From Squalus acanthias (lineage: Eukaryota): a stretch of DNA of 64,000 nt. Where the stretch lies: positions 1 to 64,000 of the forward strand of contig JASTWF010000334.1 of assembly GCA_030390025.1 (NCBI GenBank). The letters run 5' to 3'. The notes beneath the pieces were generated by a model. The model did not search any database and had not been told where the DNA came from. It saw nothing but the letters and a program-made list of their open reading frames with translations. Shown here in pieces: positions 12,049-24,358 of this stretch. The first letter of the stretch is position 1; every line of letters begins with the position of its first letter. The position numbers were made by a program, and so were the translations under genes.

Positions 12049-13183
12049 GGGCAGAATTTTCCGGGGTGTCAGTGGGCGCGATATGTTGGGTCTGCCAGCG
12101 CTGAGCAGACCTGACACGCAGCTGTGGAGGAGTCAATTGTAATCATTAGTGGCACTTAACAATGCTTTTTTCCCAGCTGTTTGATTTTGACAGGTCGTCC
12201 ACCGGTTTCCCACTGTGCTTAGATCTCATCAGTGAATCTGAGGCGGGAGGTCCAATGCCATTGTTTCAGCTGATGAGTTGTCAACTTCAAATATCAAGTC
12301 AAAGCTCCCAGCTGATTGAGAAATGTTCCCTTTGGCACTAGCTTCTCTAACCTGCATTTCCAATACAGATTCAGGATGCTGCAAGTCTTTACACAAGTCT
12401 CCATCCAGTCTGACCTCATTACCTCTCCCACCATTGACAGATAGCTTCTGTCATCTCTACTTCACCTGCCATCTATTCCATCAGAATTATTGCCCTTGAA
12501 ACTATCTCACCTTGGTCCTCAGAATCCCACCACAATCAGCCGCACCACCAACATCACCAGGCACACCAGCAGCACCAACAACAACACCAACCTTCTCCGC
12601 CATCACCTGATGCTACACAGGACGGAGGGCATCATCACCCAATCATATTGCTGCCCGGAATGGCAGGGATGGCCTCACCATGGCCACATTTAATTCACTT
12701 GATGCTGCACACCCTGGCTGACACATGATGTGCCAGGTTGGCACCGCCCCACACCAACACCATAAAGCATCCATCCCTGCAATGCCCAAGCCATTCCTTT
12801 CACACTCATCAGCATTGCGGGGGGTACCGTTATCTCTCACCATTCACTGCAACTCACTAAGCCACTTCCAAAGATGCACACAAATCTGTCCAAGAACGCA
12901 AAGTGTTGAAAATAAAGACTTCAATGATTGACAGCTCATTAACAGGAATTAACATGAACATTGGCTAAAACACACAAGTGCCTACCCTTGTGTGTTGTTA
13001 ATTGGTATGATTGCACTAGGATGAGGGTGAGTGTGAGGAGTGGCTAGTGAGATGGGGAGGTGATAATGTAGATAGAGAGGGATGGGTGTAGGTGCAAGGT
13101 AAGTTGGTGTGAGTAAGGATGTATAGGAGTAGGGTAGGGAAGGCAGAGTGATGTGGATGTGATGAGTGGCAGAGCAGGATAAG

Positions 13184-15661
13184 AGGGCGATTTTCTGATG
13201 TCGGAGGAGGCGGGTTTGGAGGCGGGTATGGCGTGTAAATCAGAAACAATGAGGGCGGGTTCGGAACCCGCCTCCAGCCCGCCTCCGCGGGATTTTGCCG
13301 GTGCTGGTTTTGGAGGTCAGGAAACGGTCCTGCCTCCAGCTGGCCATAGTGATACTTGTGATCATTAAATGCTCATTAAGGGCCTCTCTAAACCTATTTT
13401 GAGAGGCCTTCGTGATTTTTCGAGCATTTCGGCGTGCTCCACGCACCTCCTAAACCACGCCAAGTAAACCTGGCGGGTTGACTCGTGGGTGGCCTCCTCA
13501 CAGCTGCAGGTCCAACAAGACATCGTTTATTTCATCAGGGATTACTTGCAGGTGCCAGACCTTTGCTTTAAAAGGTCTCTGAGCACTTTTAGAAGGCCTT
13601 CCAAAGTCAGAGGTGCTGCAGCTTGAATCTATCAACTGTGGGACCTACTTGGAAGACCCTCTCCCCACTTGCAATGAGCGCTTCCCCAAAGAAGGCATCT
13701 GCAAGCAGCATGGGGACCATTTGTTTTCTTTCTGCATGGACCTCAGATGAGGATGAGGAGCATCCACGGCAGCAGCAGAACCAGCCAGCTCAGGAGCAAC
13801 AGCAGCAGGAGCCCCAACCTCCTGCTCAGCCACCTGATGCTGCACAGGGCAGAAGGCACCAGCGCATCGAGGCACCTCGCCGAAGGAGATATCCCCGACA
13901 GAGGGTTTACAGACAGAGGATGAGCTACCTCAACATGAGTGAGCAGCAGTTCCAAAGGAGGCTGAGACTTTCGCGAGAGTTTGTCCGAGAGATCTGCGGC
14001 CTGCTGCAGAAAGACCTGGTGCCCAGAGGATCGGGTGGATACCCCTTACCAGTGGCTGTCAAAGTCGCCACCGCACTCAACTTCTTTGCCTCAGGCTCCT
14101 TCCAGGGATCATCAGCAGACATCAGTGGCATCTCCCAGTCGGCTGCCCACAGTTGCATCACGCAGGTTACTGATGCCCTTTTTGCTAAGGCCCACAATTA
14201 CATCCATTTCACAAGGGGTCAAGCAAGTATAACCGCCCGTTCGGTTGGCTTTGCAAATATGGCAGGCATGCCAATGGTGCAGGGCGTCATAGACTGCACA
14301 CATGTGGCCCTTAGGGCACCCCATCACAACCCAGCTATCTTTGTCAACCGCAAGGGCTTCCACTCCCTCAACGTACAGCTGGTGTGTAACCACAAGAAGG
14401 AGTTCTTGCATGTTTGAGCCAAGTTCTGTGGTAGTTGCCATGAATCTTTCATCCTGCGGCAGTCTAGTGTTCCTCCGCTTTTCAATCTGCCAAACCAACT
14501 TAACGGATGGCTCCTTGGTGACAAAGGCTGCCCCATGAAGAAGTGGCTAATGACGCTGATCAGGAGGCCAGCTAACGAGGCAGAAGAGCGCTACAACGCC
14601 AGCCACACTTCAACCAGGTCCAACATTGAGCAAACCATTGGGTTGTTGAAGATGCGCTTCTATTACCTTGAATGATCAGGTGGAGCCCTGCAGTATACAC
14701 CATACAGGGTCTCCAGAATGGTCGTGGTCTGCTGTGCATTGCACAGCATCGTGGCTTGCAGCTTCCTGAGGAGCAAGTAGCTCAGTTCTAGCCCTCCTCA
14801 GATGAGGATGAGGAGGAGGAGGAGCAGGAGGCTGAGGCAGAGGAGGAGCAGGAGGAGGTACGAGCGCCGGTGTATCGACCAGCAGCAGCGGCAGCATGCG
14901 AGCACATGACTGCCCGGGATGGAAGGGATGAACATATCCTGGCCAGATTTGCATAGGTTGCCCAAGTTGGCACATGTCCTTGGGTCCATACTCAGACATC
15001 ATTGACAATGGACATGACTCTCTTGCCTCCTTTCACTCAGGCCACCAACCTGACAATGCAAGTGTGGCGGAGCCCGCAATGTGGAGCTGCCTAAGGTGAA
15101 TGAACAGATGCCATAACGCCAACATTTTGGCATCAAATCATTTTAATGCTTTCCAACAGGGATGGCATTTCATCAATACACAGAAACATTCTCCCAATCT
15201 GCACACAGATGTGGAGGTTATATCCCTTGCCAGCTGTACCCACACAACCTTCTTTGGGAGGCCTCTTCCTCCCAGATGAGTGGAAGAGCACCTCCCTGCT
15301 AGCTGCCACCCCATCAAACAACATTTGCAGCACCTCATCCGAGAGCCTTGGGGAGGCCTTGCCTTGGAATTGGCTATAGTGGGATCTCAAAATATGTTGC
15401 AGGTGGTGCAGCATAGGCAGAAATCCTGTGGAATGAGCCAAGGGAGCAAGAAGCCATAAAATCAGTCTGGAAAAATGATGTCAACAGAGGTGGGTTTCAG
15501 TCCCAAAATACTAATTGAGCAAGGGCATCCCACACCTCTGAAATCAGGTGGCCAATCATGGGAAAATCTCAATTTTTTGAAAACTATCAGTGGAGGCGGG
15601 TTTCAAACCCACCCAAACTGTAACCTGCCTGCATCTCGGCTCCAGTGTGAAAATCGCCCCC
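13184..15661 (+). mobile_element. Harbinger element with a near full-length transposase and a truncated Myb remnant
   Basis: TIRs GGGCGATTTTC / GAAAATCGCCC. Myb remnant PRLSDEVLQMLFDGVAASREVLF on the minus strand (15150-15365). TSD is not clear. Confidence 0.85.
13710..14956 (+). pseudogene. HARBI1-like DDE transposase (~415 codons) with premature stops and indels
   Basis: [84 protein letters not shown]. First stop at 14415. Confidence 0.92.
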
Positions 15662-16465
15662 AATGTTTTGTGATCTACTGAGATCATTGAAAGGTTTGTG
15701 CCACGATGAGGTAGAAGATCAACCATGATCTTATTGAATGGCGGAGCAGGCTTGAAGGGCCAAATGGCCGACTCCTTCTCCTATTTCTTATGTTATGTTC
15801 TTATACTGCAGCCTGGTCCTCCCTGCTTGTGTCCTCCTGTGCAATGTGCAACCAGGCTGCGTTGGTGTCCTGGGGAGGTCTCTTCCGCCCATTGGAAGGG
15901 AAGAGAACCTCCCTGCGTGCTGTGACTCCCTCCATAAGCATATGGAGGGAGTCATGGGAGAGCCTGGGTGCAGCTCTGCATCTTTGTGCAGTGCTTGTCA
16001 GGGGTTGAAGCACCTCAATGCTGTAGAACACTGACAGCTCAAATATCAAAGTAAATTTGCACATGGTCCCTTTAAGGAAACCAGCTGATGACGTGTCATC
16101 GAATGACGTCATTAGACCCGCTTCCTTCAATTGGCCAGCAAACGTGCTGGGCGGGCTTAACAAGCCTCATCAGGGGAATGTCATTTTACACAGCGGGCTG
16201 GAGCCAGCAGCGAGGCCGTAACCCACCACCGAACTCTCCCGACACGGACCCGCTGAGGTTGGTAAAATCCAGTCCAGTGAGACAGAGGGAGAGAGAGAGA
16301 GAGAGAAAAGGACAGAGAGAGGGAAAGAGAGAGAAAGTGTGAGAGAGTCACAGAGAGAAAGGGAGAGAGGGAGAGAGAGACAGACAGAAACACAGAAAGT
16401 GAGAGACAGAAACAGAGAGAAAGATAGGCAAGTAGAGAAGGCAAGAGAGAGAAACAGAGAAAGAG

Positions 16466-18036
16466 CACAAGTGCACTAATGGATCTGCCCATCCCTTCCA
16501 CTCTGGAAAGGAAGGGCTCCACGCTCTGCGCAAAGCCCTGTGCGAGGCCCTGGTGCTGGACTCCTCCATGCTCTTTGACATTGCATTCAGGCATTCTGGC
16601 AGGCCTGCCAATGCGCCAAGCATTTCATTGTGCATGCCCATCAACGTTCATCTGTAGGCCGCCCCATCTAAGTCCTCTGGAGCAGTACTCGTGTGCCACC
16701 ACACTCTCCGGGGAGCTTGCACCTATGCTAGCCTTTCCTTCTGCCTTGGCTACAGCCCACTCATGCCCGGTGACTCACCACGTGACGATCCAGCCTCTAA
16801 GCTACCCTCTAATGTCTGCGCAGTGCCAGTATCTGAGCTGGTGGCTGCGACTGTCAGATCGAGTGACGGTGTTTCTTCTTCATCATCACTCTCCTCTCCC
16901 TCTTCCTCTTGCACCATTGGCTATGCAGATTGAATTTCTTGACTAGCTGAAAGGAGAAAGGCCCAAGGATAAGGTTGTGGTGAGGGGAAGGAGGGAAAAG
17001 AAGAGGTGCATGCTTACACCATCTGCAGCTTGTAAATCAGAAGAGATTGTGCGATGAGGGGGAAGTGGGATGTGAGAAGGAGGATAACGTATAAAGATAC
17101 CGGCTTCTTATATTCTTACAGCTCCACCACTGGCTATGGGCACAGCCATGCCCCACCCAAGAATGATCAGCACCTTCTCCTCCATGGGGGTGAGGTGATG
17201 CAGGCGAGCCTGTCCCCCACCGGTTAGCTTCTGCAAGTGCCGGTTATGTGCCACCTTCTCCTGCAAGAGAAAGGAAAGTGTGTCAGTGAGTGTGGTGCAA
17301 TGTGTTTGGATGATGTGCCTGTCATGGTTGAACAGCTGCCAGTGTGTGCAAGCTGTGAGATTTGGGTGTGAGGCTTGCAGCAGTGGTAAGTGAATGTGAG
17401 TATGAGTCGTGTTTGGTGGAGAATGTTGGTAGCTGAGTGATGGGGGTATGGTGCATTGAGCAGTTTGTGATGTTAGTGCTGCCGATGCTGGGATATGGCA
17501 TTTGAAGATGAATTCACTCGTGTGAGGTCATTAAACTTCCTCCGGCACTGCGTCCACGTCCTCGGGGCTACACTGCTGGCATTTACCACAGTGGCTATCT
17601 GCTCCCACTGCACTTTGCTCTGTTGCCTGGAGGGCCTCCTGGCCCGCTATGGAAAGAGGACCTCTCTCCTCCTATTGACCTCCTGCACCAAAACCTCCAC
17701 TGCTGCATCAGAGAATCTTGGTGCACACTCTCTCCCCTGTTGTGTCATCATTAGTTGTTCTTTTCCACTCTCTTCCCAAGCCAGTTCAATGATCTGCTGC
17801 AGTCAGAATCCACCTCCCTTTTAAAAGGTCCAGACTGCCTTTAAGTAGTGCAGGTTAGCTTTAATTTGTGCCAGCCTCACATGTACTTGGATTCCCTGCT
17901 GAGCATTCAGCCACTCAGCAGCATATTCAGCACTGGGCTGAACGCCACAATCATGGAAATGATCAGGCAGCACAAACAGGCACAGGATGCTAGCGAATCC
18001 CCACGCCCATTTTCATGGGGAAATGAATTTCTAGGC
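16466..18036 (-). mobile_element. Harbinger remnant: spliced Myb/SANT gene and terminus
   Basis: Minus strand reads RECAPRFSDAAVEVLVQEVNRRREVLFP..WEQIATVVNASSVAPRTWTQCRRKFNDLTR (~17515-17740), followed by EKVAHNRHLQKLTGGG (exon 2, ~17261). Confidence 0.8.
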
Positions 18037-18039
18037 CTT

Positions 18040-19740
18040 AAGTTAATTTACATTGCATGTGATCCATTGGCTGGGTCATAAGCTCATGCAAGGCTCCTCT
18101 AGCACTTTCTGACTCCTGTTTCAATCTCCTCGGGCTGGATTTTCTCAATGGAGACGAGCTGGAGGTGGGACTGCTGCTTGTCGGTTCAATGTCCCGCCTC
18201 CATCATCTTCTGGCCAACTAGCGTGATTTGCCCCTGATTGACCTTGTTAAGCCCGCCTTGCGGGCTCAGCAGGCCAATTAGGGGGGAAGTCACTGACAGA
18301 GCACTTTAACGTCTGACGTGCTATCTGTCAAGATTTCTTAAAAGAAGAAATGTCAGCGTTTGACAGCTCTGTAAAGCTGTCAAACACTGACATTCTCTGT
18401 AATTTGATGAGGCCTTGTGTTCAGGACTCATCAAACCTTTCAACTTTGTAGATTTCAGATGGCTGTTGGGTTGGAGGATCCAACAGCCAGTCTGTGAAAT
18501 CGACAAGGAAGATGTCGGCTCTCCCAATCCAGGGTGGGTGAAGGCTGTAGGCAGAAAACAAGGTAAGTGAACATTTTTTAACACTTAACACTCACCTTCC
18601 ATACTTACCACACCACACTTGCACCCATCACTCACCTCTCCATCTTACTTTCAGGTGCCTCCCACCCCCGCAGACCTCCTTCATGTCTCCTCCAACCCGA
18701 TGGGGTTAACAGGCAGTTAAAAGTATTTAATGCCTTTCCCGCCTCCAGGAGACGGGACCCGAAGCAACACATCTTCCCGCCTCCTGGCAAAAGGGGACGC
18801 AGGCGGGATGTGGGCGGGTTTGCCATCCGCCCCCACTTTCTGCTACTTTACTGGCAGTCCCGCCTCCATGCCCGCCTCCTCGGGGCTGAGAAAATCCAGC
18901 CCCTCTTCTCTGTTTGTATAATATCCCATTCCTGTATTGCTTGCTGACTCCCTAACCCTGGGGCTGTAGTGTTAGTAGCTGACAATGGTGACTGAGCCAA
19001 CATGATCGATACATCCTCCAATCATTGTTGATGTGTCGCCTCACGCTGCGCTTTCTCTTTTCACACATCACTTCTTCTATTTTCGCTTATCTGCATGCAA
19101 AAGTGAGCTGTGTATCCTAACAAATGCGTTGCTGATTTTAATGTCAGCTTTTTGTCATTCACCAACCCCTCTATGTGGGTCATCGCCATCGCACACGGCT
19201 CATTAGTTTTGGTCATTACGGTGACCAACACCTCACTACCGGCTACGTCAATAGTTTCTTTTGAAGAGCTTCCCTGACAGTCGCCATGGTTACTTGAACT
19301 ATTGGAAAGAGAACCCCACCCACCCACCAAACGGGTTTCCTACCTAAACAAAATATGGTTTTGTACAAGTCCCGATCGCCCTGGGTACATACTGTCACAC
19401 TAGCAGGAGTGTTGCTAGTCCGGTCCTGTCATAGTCGCCAATTGTAAGAACATTCGAATCTGCCACCAAATATGGTTGCAACATAATCCTTTTATTGTGT
19501 CCGACCAAATCCAGACACATGCAATGTCTTTAAGCAGTAGACATACAGTGAAATTAACACAATTACCCCATTTTTCTCTGGGTAGAGGCATAAACTTACG
19601 TAATTATTTCTAACCACAGTACAAATCTACAAGCCATTTATAACTGAAAAGAAAGCTAAGACCTTAATAATATGAGATTAAACAAAATCCTAAACCTACA
19701 TATATATGTATACATGACTAGCGTATCTTACACACATAGG
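18040..19740 (-). mobile_element. 5' part of an LTR retroelement (LTR, PBS, degraded gag-like frame), split by a MITE
   Basis: Minus strand: AATAAA (~19491-19496), LTR-like end ..TTCTTACA, then a PBS-like TGGCGACTATGACAGGAC (~19424-19441). A long frame with few stops follows and resumes across the MITE (..ARGALHELMTQPMDHMQCK). Confidence 0.5.
18132..18902. mobile_element. 771-bp Harbinger/Tourist-like MITE
   Basis: Perfect 16-bp TIR GGGCTGGATTTTCTCA / TGAGAAAATCCAGCCC and a 3-bp TSD CTC. Confidence 0.92.
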
Positions 19741-20886
19741 ATGTCATTTGTGACTTTGATTAGCACCATTTCAGTGCTGTGGCAGAGGTGGAAAGCTAAT
19801 TGAAGAGGTTCAAACATGGAGTTGATGGAAAGATTGGCCCAGTACTGGAAGTGACAATACATTCAAGGACTTTGGAGAGGAATAGAAGGTTGGAGATGCG
19901 GTAGTAGTCCGCAGGACAGAAGGGTCAAGGGTGAGTTTTTAGAGTGGGCGGTCAATACGGCAGATTTGAAAGGGAGCGGGACAGTGCCAGAGGAGAAGGA
20001 AGAGTTTACAATATCAGCTAGCATAGGGGCCAGAAGTTAAGGGAAGTTGGGTGATCAGCAATTTAGTGGGACTAGCTCAAGAGATCGGGAGATGGGTCTC
20101 ATGGACAAGGTGAGGTCAGAGAGGGGAGATAAGAGAGAAATTAGAGAAAGATGCAAGTTCAGGGCTAAGGCAGGGGGAACCTTGGGGTAAGTTTGGCTTG
20201 GTGGTCTCGGGGAAAGGAGGGAAGTGGCAGAGGCAGCTGAACAGATGGTCTCAATCTTAGTGACAAAGAAGTCCGTGAGCTTCTTGCATTTGATGTTGAA
20301 GGTTAGAGTGGAGAAGCAGGGGTGAGGGGATTGGGGAGAAGGTTGGTCGTAGAGAAAAGAAGCCGGGGGTTGTCTTTGCATTCCAGGATGATTCTGGAAC
20401 AGTGAGCAGCTTTGGCAGAGGAGAGCAGGAGCCGATAGTGTTTGATGTGATCCAGCCAGAGCTGGCGATGAATGGCGAAACCAATTCTCCACCATAAACA
20501 TTCACATCTGTGCCCTTGGATTTAATGGAGTGGAGATGGGGGCTGTACCAGGGGGTATGACCAGGGTGGGCCAGAATAAGGGTTTTACTGAGGACAAGGC
20601 ATTAAAGGTGGAGGTGAGGGAGTAATTGAGCAGATCGGTAGCTGCAGAAGTATTGTGGCAAATGAAGGGCCAAAGGCTAGACAGTTGGGAATTTGTAAGT
20701 GACTTGGGGAAGTGTTTTTTCAAGGGTCAGACGCAGAAGGAAGTGGGGTTGGGAGCACGAACAGGGACGTGAGTGGAGAGAGATAAAGAAAGTGATCAGA
20801 GATGGCATTGTTTGTGATTGAGATGATGGGAGTAGAGAGGCCACGTGAGATGGCTAGTTCGAGGGGATGGTTGTGGATATGGCCAC
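19741..20886 (-). mobile_element. Old L2-type LINE fragment (EN/RT linker)
   Basis: Translates to HPLELAISRGLSTPIISITNNAISDHF and DFFVTKIETI. Homologous to 41913-42130. 20805-20885 recurs at 21298-21382. Confidence 0.75.
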
Positions 20887-21176
20887 TTTTACTGGTTCAA
20901 ATTCTCAAACACATGCTCTCTGGATTATTAGTCCAGTAGCATAACCACTACACTACCATAAACTACCAGACACAGTCCAATAGTCAATAGCATAGTACTG
21001 AGTGTAATGTGGAGCGAGGAACAGACTTGAAAGGAATACACTTTTGTTTGAAGAGTATTCGCTGAACAAGAATTTAATCCACAATGATATTAAGCTTTGA
21101 TTGATCACCTAACTGGTAACTTAACACTTTCAATTTTGTACAATCTTACCAACTTACTTCTAATTACAGATCAGAT

Positions 21177-21298
21177 GTGACTGGACTATTCAACTTGTGT
21201 GTGACTGGGCTGTTCAACTTGTGTGTGACTGGGCTATTCAACTTGTGTGTGACTGGGCTATTCAACTTGTGTGTGACTGGGCTATTCAACTTGTGTGT
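21177..21298. repeat. 24-bp minisatellite x5 (GTGACTGGGCTATTCAACTTGTGT)
   Basis: Directly visible; it explains the THKLNSPV repeat in the ORF track. Confidence 0.95.
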
Positions 21299-21387
21299 GG
21301 CATTATTTGTGATTGAGACGATGGGAGTAGAGAGACCATGTGAGATGGCCAGGTCGAGGGGATGGCTGTGAATATGGCCACTTGTGT

Positions 21388-23454
21388 GAGAGTACAACGC
21401 CAACATGTTCCCGTAAAGGTCAAGGGTGGGAGCAACAAGCCCAGGGAACCCTGGACGTCAAGGGATATATAAGAATGGATTAGGAAAAAAAGTGAGGTTT
21501 TTGGCAGATAGAAAGGACTAAAAACAGTGGAAGCCCTAGAGGAGTATAGAAAGTGCAGGGGGGTACTTAAAAAAGAAATTAGGAGAGCAAAGAGGGGGCA
21601 TGAAAAAACACTGGCAGGCAAAATAAAGGAAAATCCCAAGGTGTTTTATAAGTATATTAAGGGCAAGAGGATAACCAGGGAAAGAGTAGGGCCCATTAGG
21701 GACCAAAGTGGCAATCTGTGTGTAGAGCCGGAAGATGTGGGTGAGGTGTTAATAAATATTTTGCATCTGTGCTCACTATGGAGAAAGACGATGTAGGCAC
21801 AGAAATCAGGCAGGGGGATTGTGATATACTTGAACAACTTAGTATTGAGAGGGAGGAGGTACTAGTGGTTTTAGTAGGCTTAAAAGTGGATAAATCCCCA
21901 GGCCCAGATGAGATGTATCCCTGGCTGCTGTGTGAGGCAAGGGAGGAGATTGCAGGGGCTCTGACACAAATTTTCAGAACCTCTCTGGCCACAGGGGAGG
22001 TGCCAGAGGACTGGAGGACAGCTAACATAGTTCCATTATTCAAGAAGGGTAGTAGGGATAAACCAGGGAATTACAGGCCAGTGAGCCTAACATCAGTGGT
22101 AGGGAAATTATTGGAATAAATTCTGAGAGACAAAATTAGTCTCCACTTGGAGAGGCAAGGATTAATCAAGAATAGTCAGCATGGCTTTGTCAGGGGGAGA
22201 TCATGTCTGACCAATTTGATTTAATTTTTCGAGGGGGTGACTAGGTGTGTGGATGAGGGTAGTGTAGTTGATGTAGTCTACATGGACTTCAGTAAGGCTT
22301 TTGATAAAGTCCCGCATGGGAGACTGGTCAAGAAGGTAAGAGCCCATGGGATCCAGGGCAATTTGGCACATTGGATCCAAAATTGGCTTAGTGGCAGGAG
22401 GCAGAGGGTGATGGTCGAAGGTTGTTTTTGTGACTGGAAGCCTGTGTCCAGTGGTGTACCGCAGGGATCGGTGCTGGGTCCTTTGCTGTTTGTAGTGTAC
22501 ATTAATGATTTAGATATGAATGTAGGAGGTATGAGCAGTAAGTTCGCAGATGACACGAAAATTGGTGGAGTGGCAAATAGCAAGGAGGGAAGCCTCAGAC
22601 TACAGGACAATATAGACGGGTTGGTCAGATGGGCAGAACAGTGGCAAATGGAATTTAACCATGAAAAGTGTGAGGTGATGCATTTTGGGAGGACTAACAA
22701 GGCAAGGGAATGCACAATGAATGGTAGGACCCTAGGAAGGACAGAGGATCAGAGGGACCTTGGTGTCCATGTACATAGATCCCTGAAGGCAGCAAGACAG
22801 GTAGATAAGGTGGTTAAAAAGGCATATGGGATACTTGCCTTCATTAGCCGAGGCATAGAATATAAGAGTAGGGAGGTTATGATGGAGCTGTACAAAATGC
22901 TAGTTAGGCCACAGCTGGAATACTGTGTGCAGTTCTGATCGCCACACTATAGGAAGGATGTGATTGCATTGGAGAGGGTGCAAAGGAGATTCACCAGAAT
23001 GTTGACTGGGCTGGAGCGCTTCAGCTACGAAGAGAGACTGGACAGGCTGGGGTTGTTTTCCTTAGAGCAGAGAAGGCTGAGGGGGAACCTGATTGAGGTG
23101 TACAAAATTATGAGGGGCATAGATAGGGTAGATAGAAAGGAACTTTTCCCCTTCGTAGAGGGATCAATAACAAGGGGGCATAGTTTCAAGGTAAGGGGCA
23201 GGAGGTTTAGAGGGCATTTGAGAAAAAACTTTTTCACCCAGAGGGTGGTTGGAATCTGGAACTCACTGCCTGAAAGGGTGGTAGAGGCAGGAACACTCAC
23301 AACATTCAAGAAGCATTTAGATAAGCACTTGAAATGCCATAGCATACAAGGCTACGGACCAAGTGCTGCAAAATGGGATTCGAATAGGTAGGGCTTGATG
23401 GCCGGCGCGGACACGATCGGCCGAAGGGCCTCTTTCTGTGCTGTATAACTTTAT
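21388..23454 (+). mobile_element. 5'-truncated CR1 LINE with RT, 3' UTR and a tail interrupted by a MITE
   Basis: RT motifs YMDFSKAFDKVPH, GVPQGSVLGP and FADD; C-terminal RGHSFK..FFTQRVV. The tail CTGTATAACTTTAT resumes as TATGACTCTAT at 24348. Confidence 0.97.
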
Positions 23455-24347
23455 GGGGTAGAAATTAGGTCGCGCCCCATTTGGGGCGCAAATATCGTCT
23501 GGACGCAAATATTAGCGCCTGGCGCTAATTATCGGCACTGACTGGAAACTTCACTTTTACCGCCCCGGGAGGTGAGTGGAGCGCTAAAGCAGGCGCTGCA
23601 CACCTGTCTTAAGGCGCAAAGGCCGAGCAGTGAGGCGCTAACTCAGAGCGCTGGCGAAACTCATGTAATGTCAGTCAGCAATGGAACACACACACAATGG
23701 CACCGGCCAGTTCTTAAAGGGGATGGTTAATCTTGCTTTCCATCCACATCCTGTTCATTGCAGCCTTGAATCTCGGCCTGGAGAGACTTGCACATCAAAT
23801 GTGCTGGAAAGAACAATGGAGAGTACCAGGCAAAGAGCTCAGAGTGCAGCTCCCACAGTCTCTGCTAAATCGATACAAGGAATGGCAAATCAAAATGAAC
23901 CTGCAAAGTGCTGCTCAGTACCCAAAACTCCTTCACACAACGTTGAATCTCTCCAGAAGTCTCTCCCTCTCTCTCTCAGAATGCGTAGTTCAAAAATGCC
24001 ACCAACAATAAAAGACAGGAAGAGGCCCCCTTTAAATAGCGCCTCCCCCAGCCCCACAGCAATTGATAGCGTTCCAGTCTTCTGGTCGTTGGAAGCGCCA
24101 GGCGGTAAGGCAGGGGGCACCACTCAATTTCCACTCCGGGGCGCCACAAGGGCGTTGCACCATGGAATGACGTCACAATCTGCGCGCGCAGGTGGTCGCA
24201 GCAGTAAGTTTTAGCGCCGCCGCACAATGTCAAGTTAAGTTCCCGAGCGGCGCAAACATCGCTGCGCCCGGGCGTTAGCGGCATTGCGCCCCATTAGCGC
24301 CCTCTTAAGGCGCTAACGGGAGGCGCAACCAACTGAATTTTTCCCCC
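23455..24347. mobile_element. GC-rich Harbinger non-autonomous element/MITE
   Basis: Termini GGGGTAGAAATT / AATTTTTCCCCC with TSD TAT. Left part matches 230-593 inverted; right end matches the starts of 38183 and 54526. Confidence 0.9.
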
Positions 24348-24358
24348 TATGACTCTAT

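Larger units (their letters stand above)
12049..16275. mobile_element. Degraded Harbinger element hosting a second Harbinger and a CR1 3' tail
   Basis: Imperfect TIRs GGGCAGAATTTTCC / GGTAAAATCCAGTCC with an AGT duplication (12046-12048, 16276-16278). Myb remnant RAAPRLSHDSLHMLMEGVTARREVLFP on the minus strand (~15810-16000). CR1 3' UTR piece at ~15707-15805. Confidence 0.7.
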
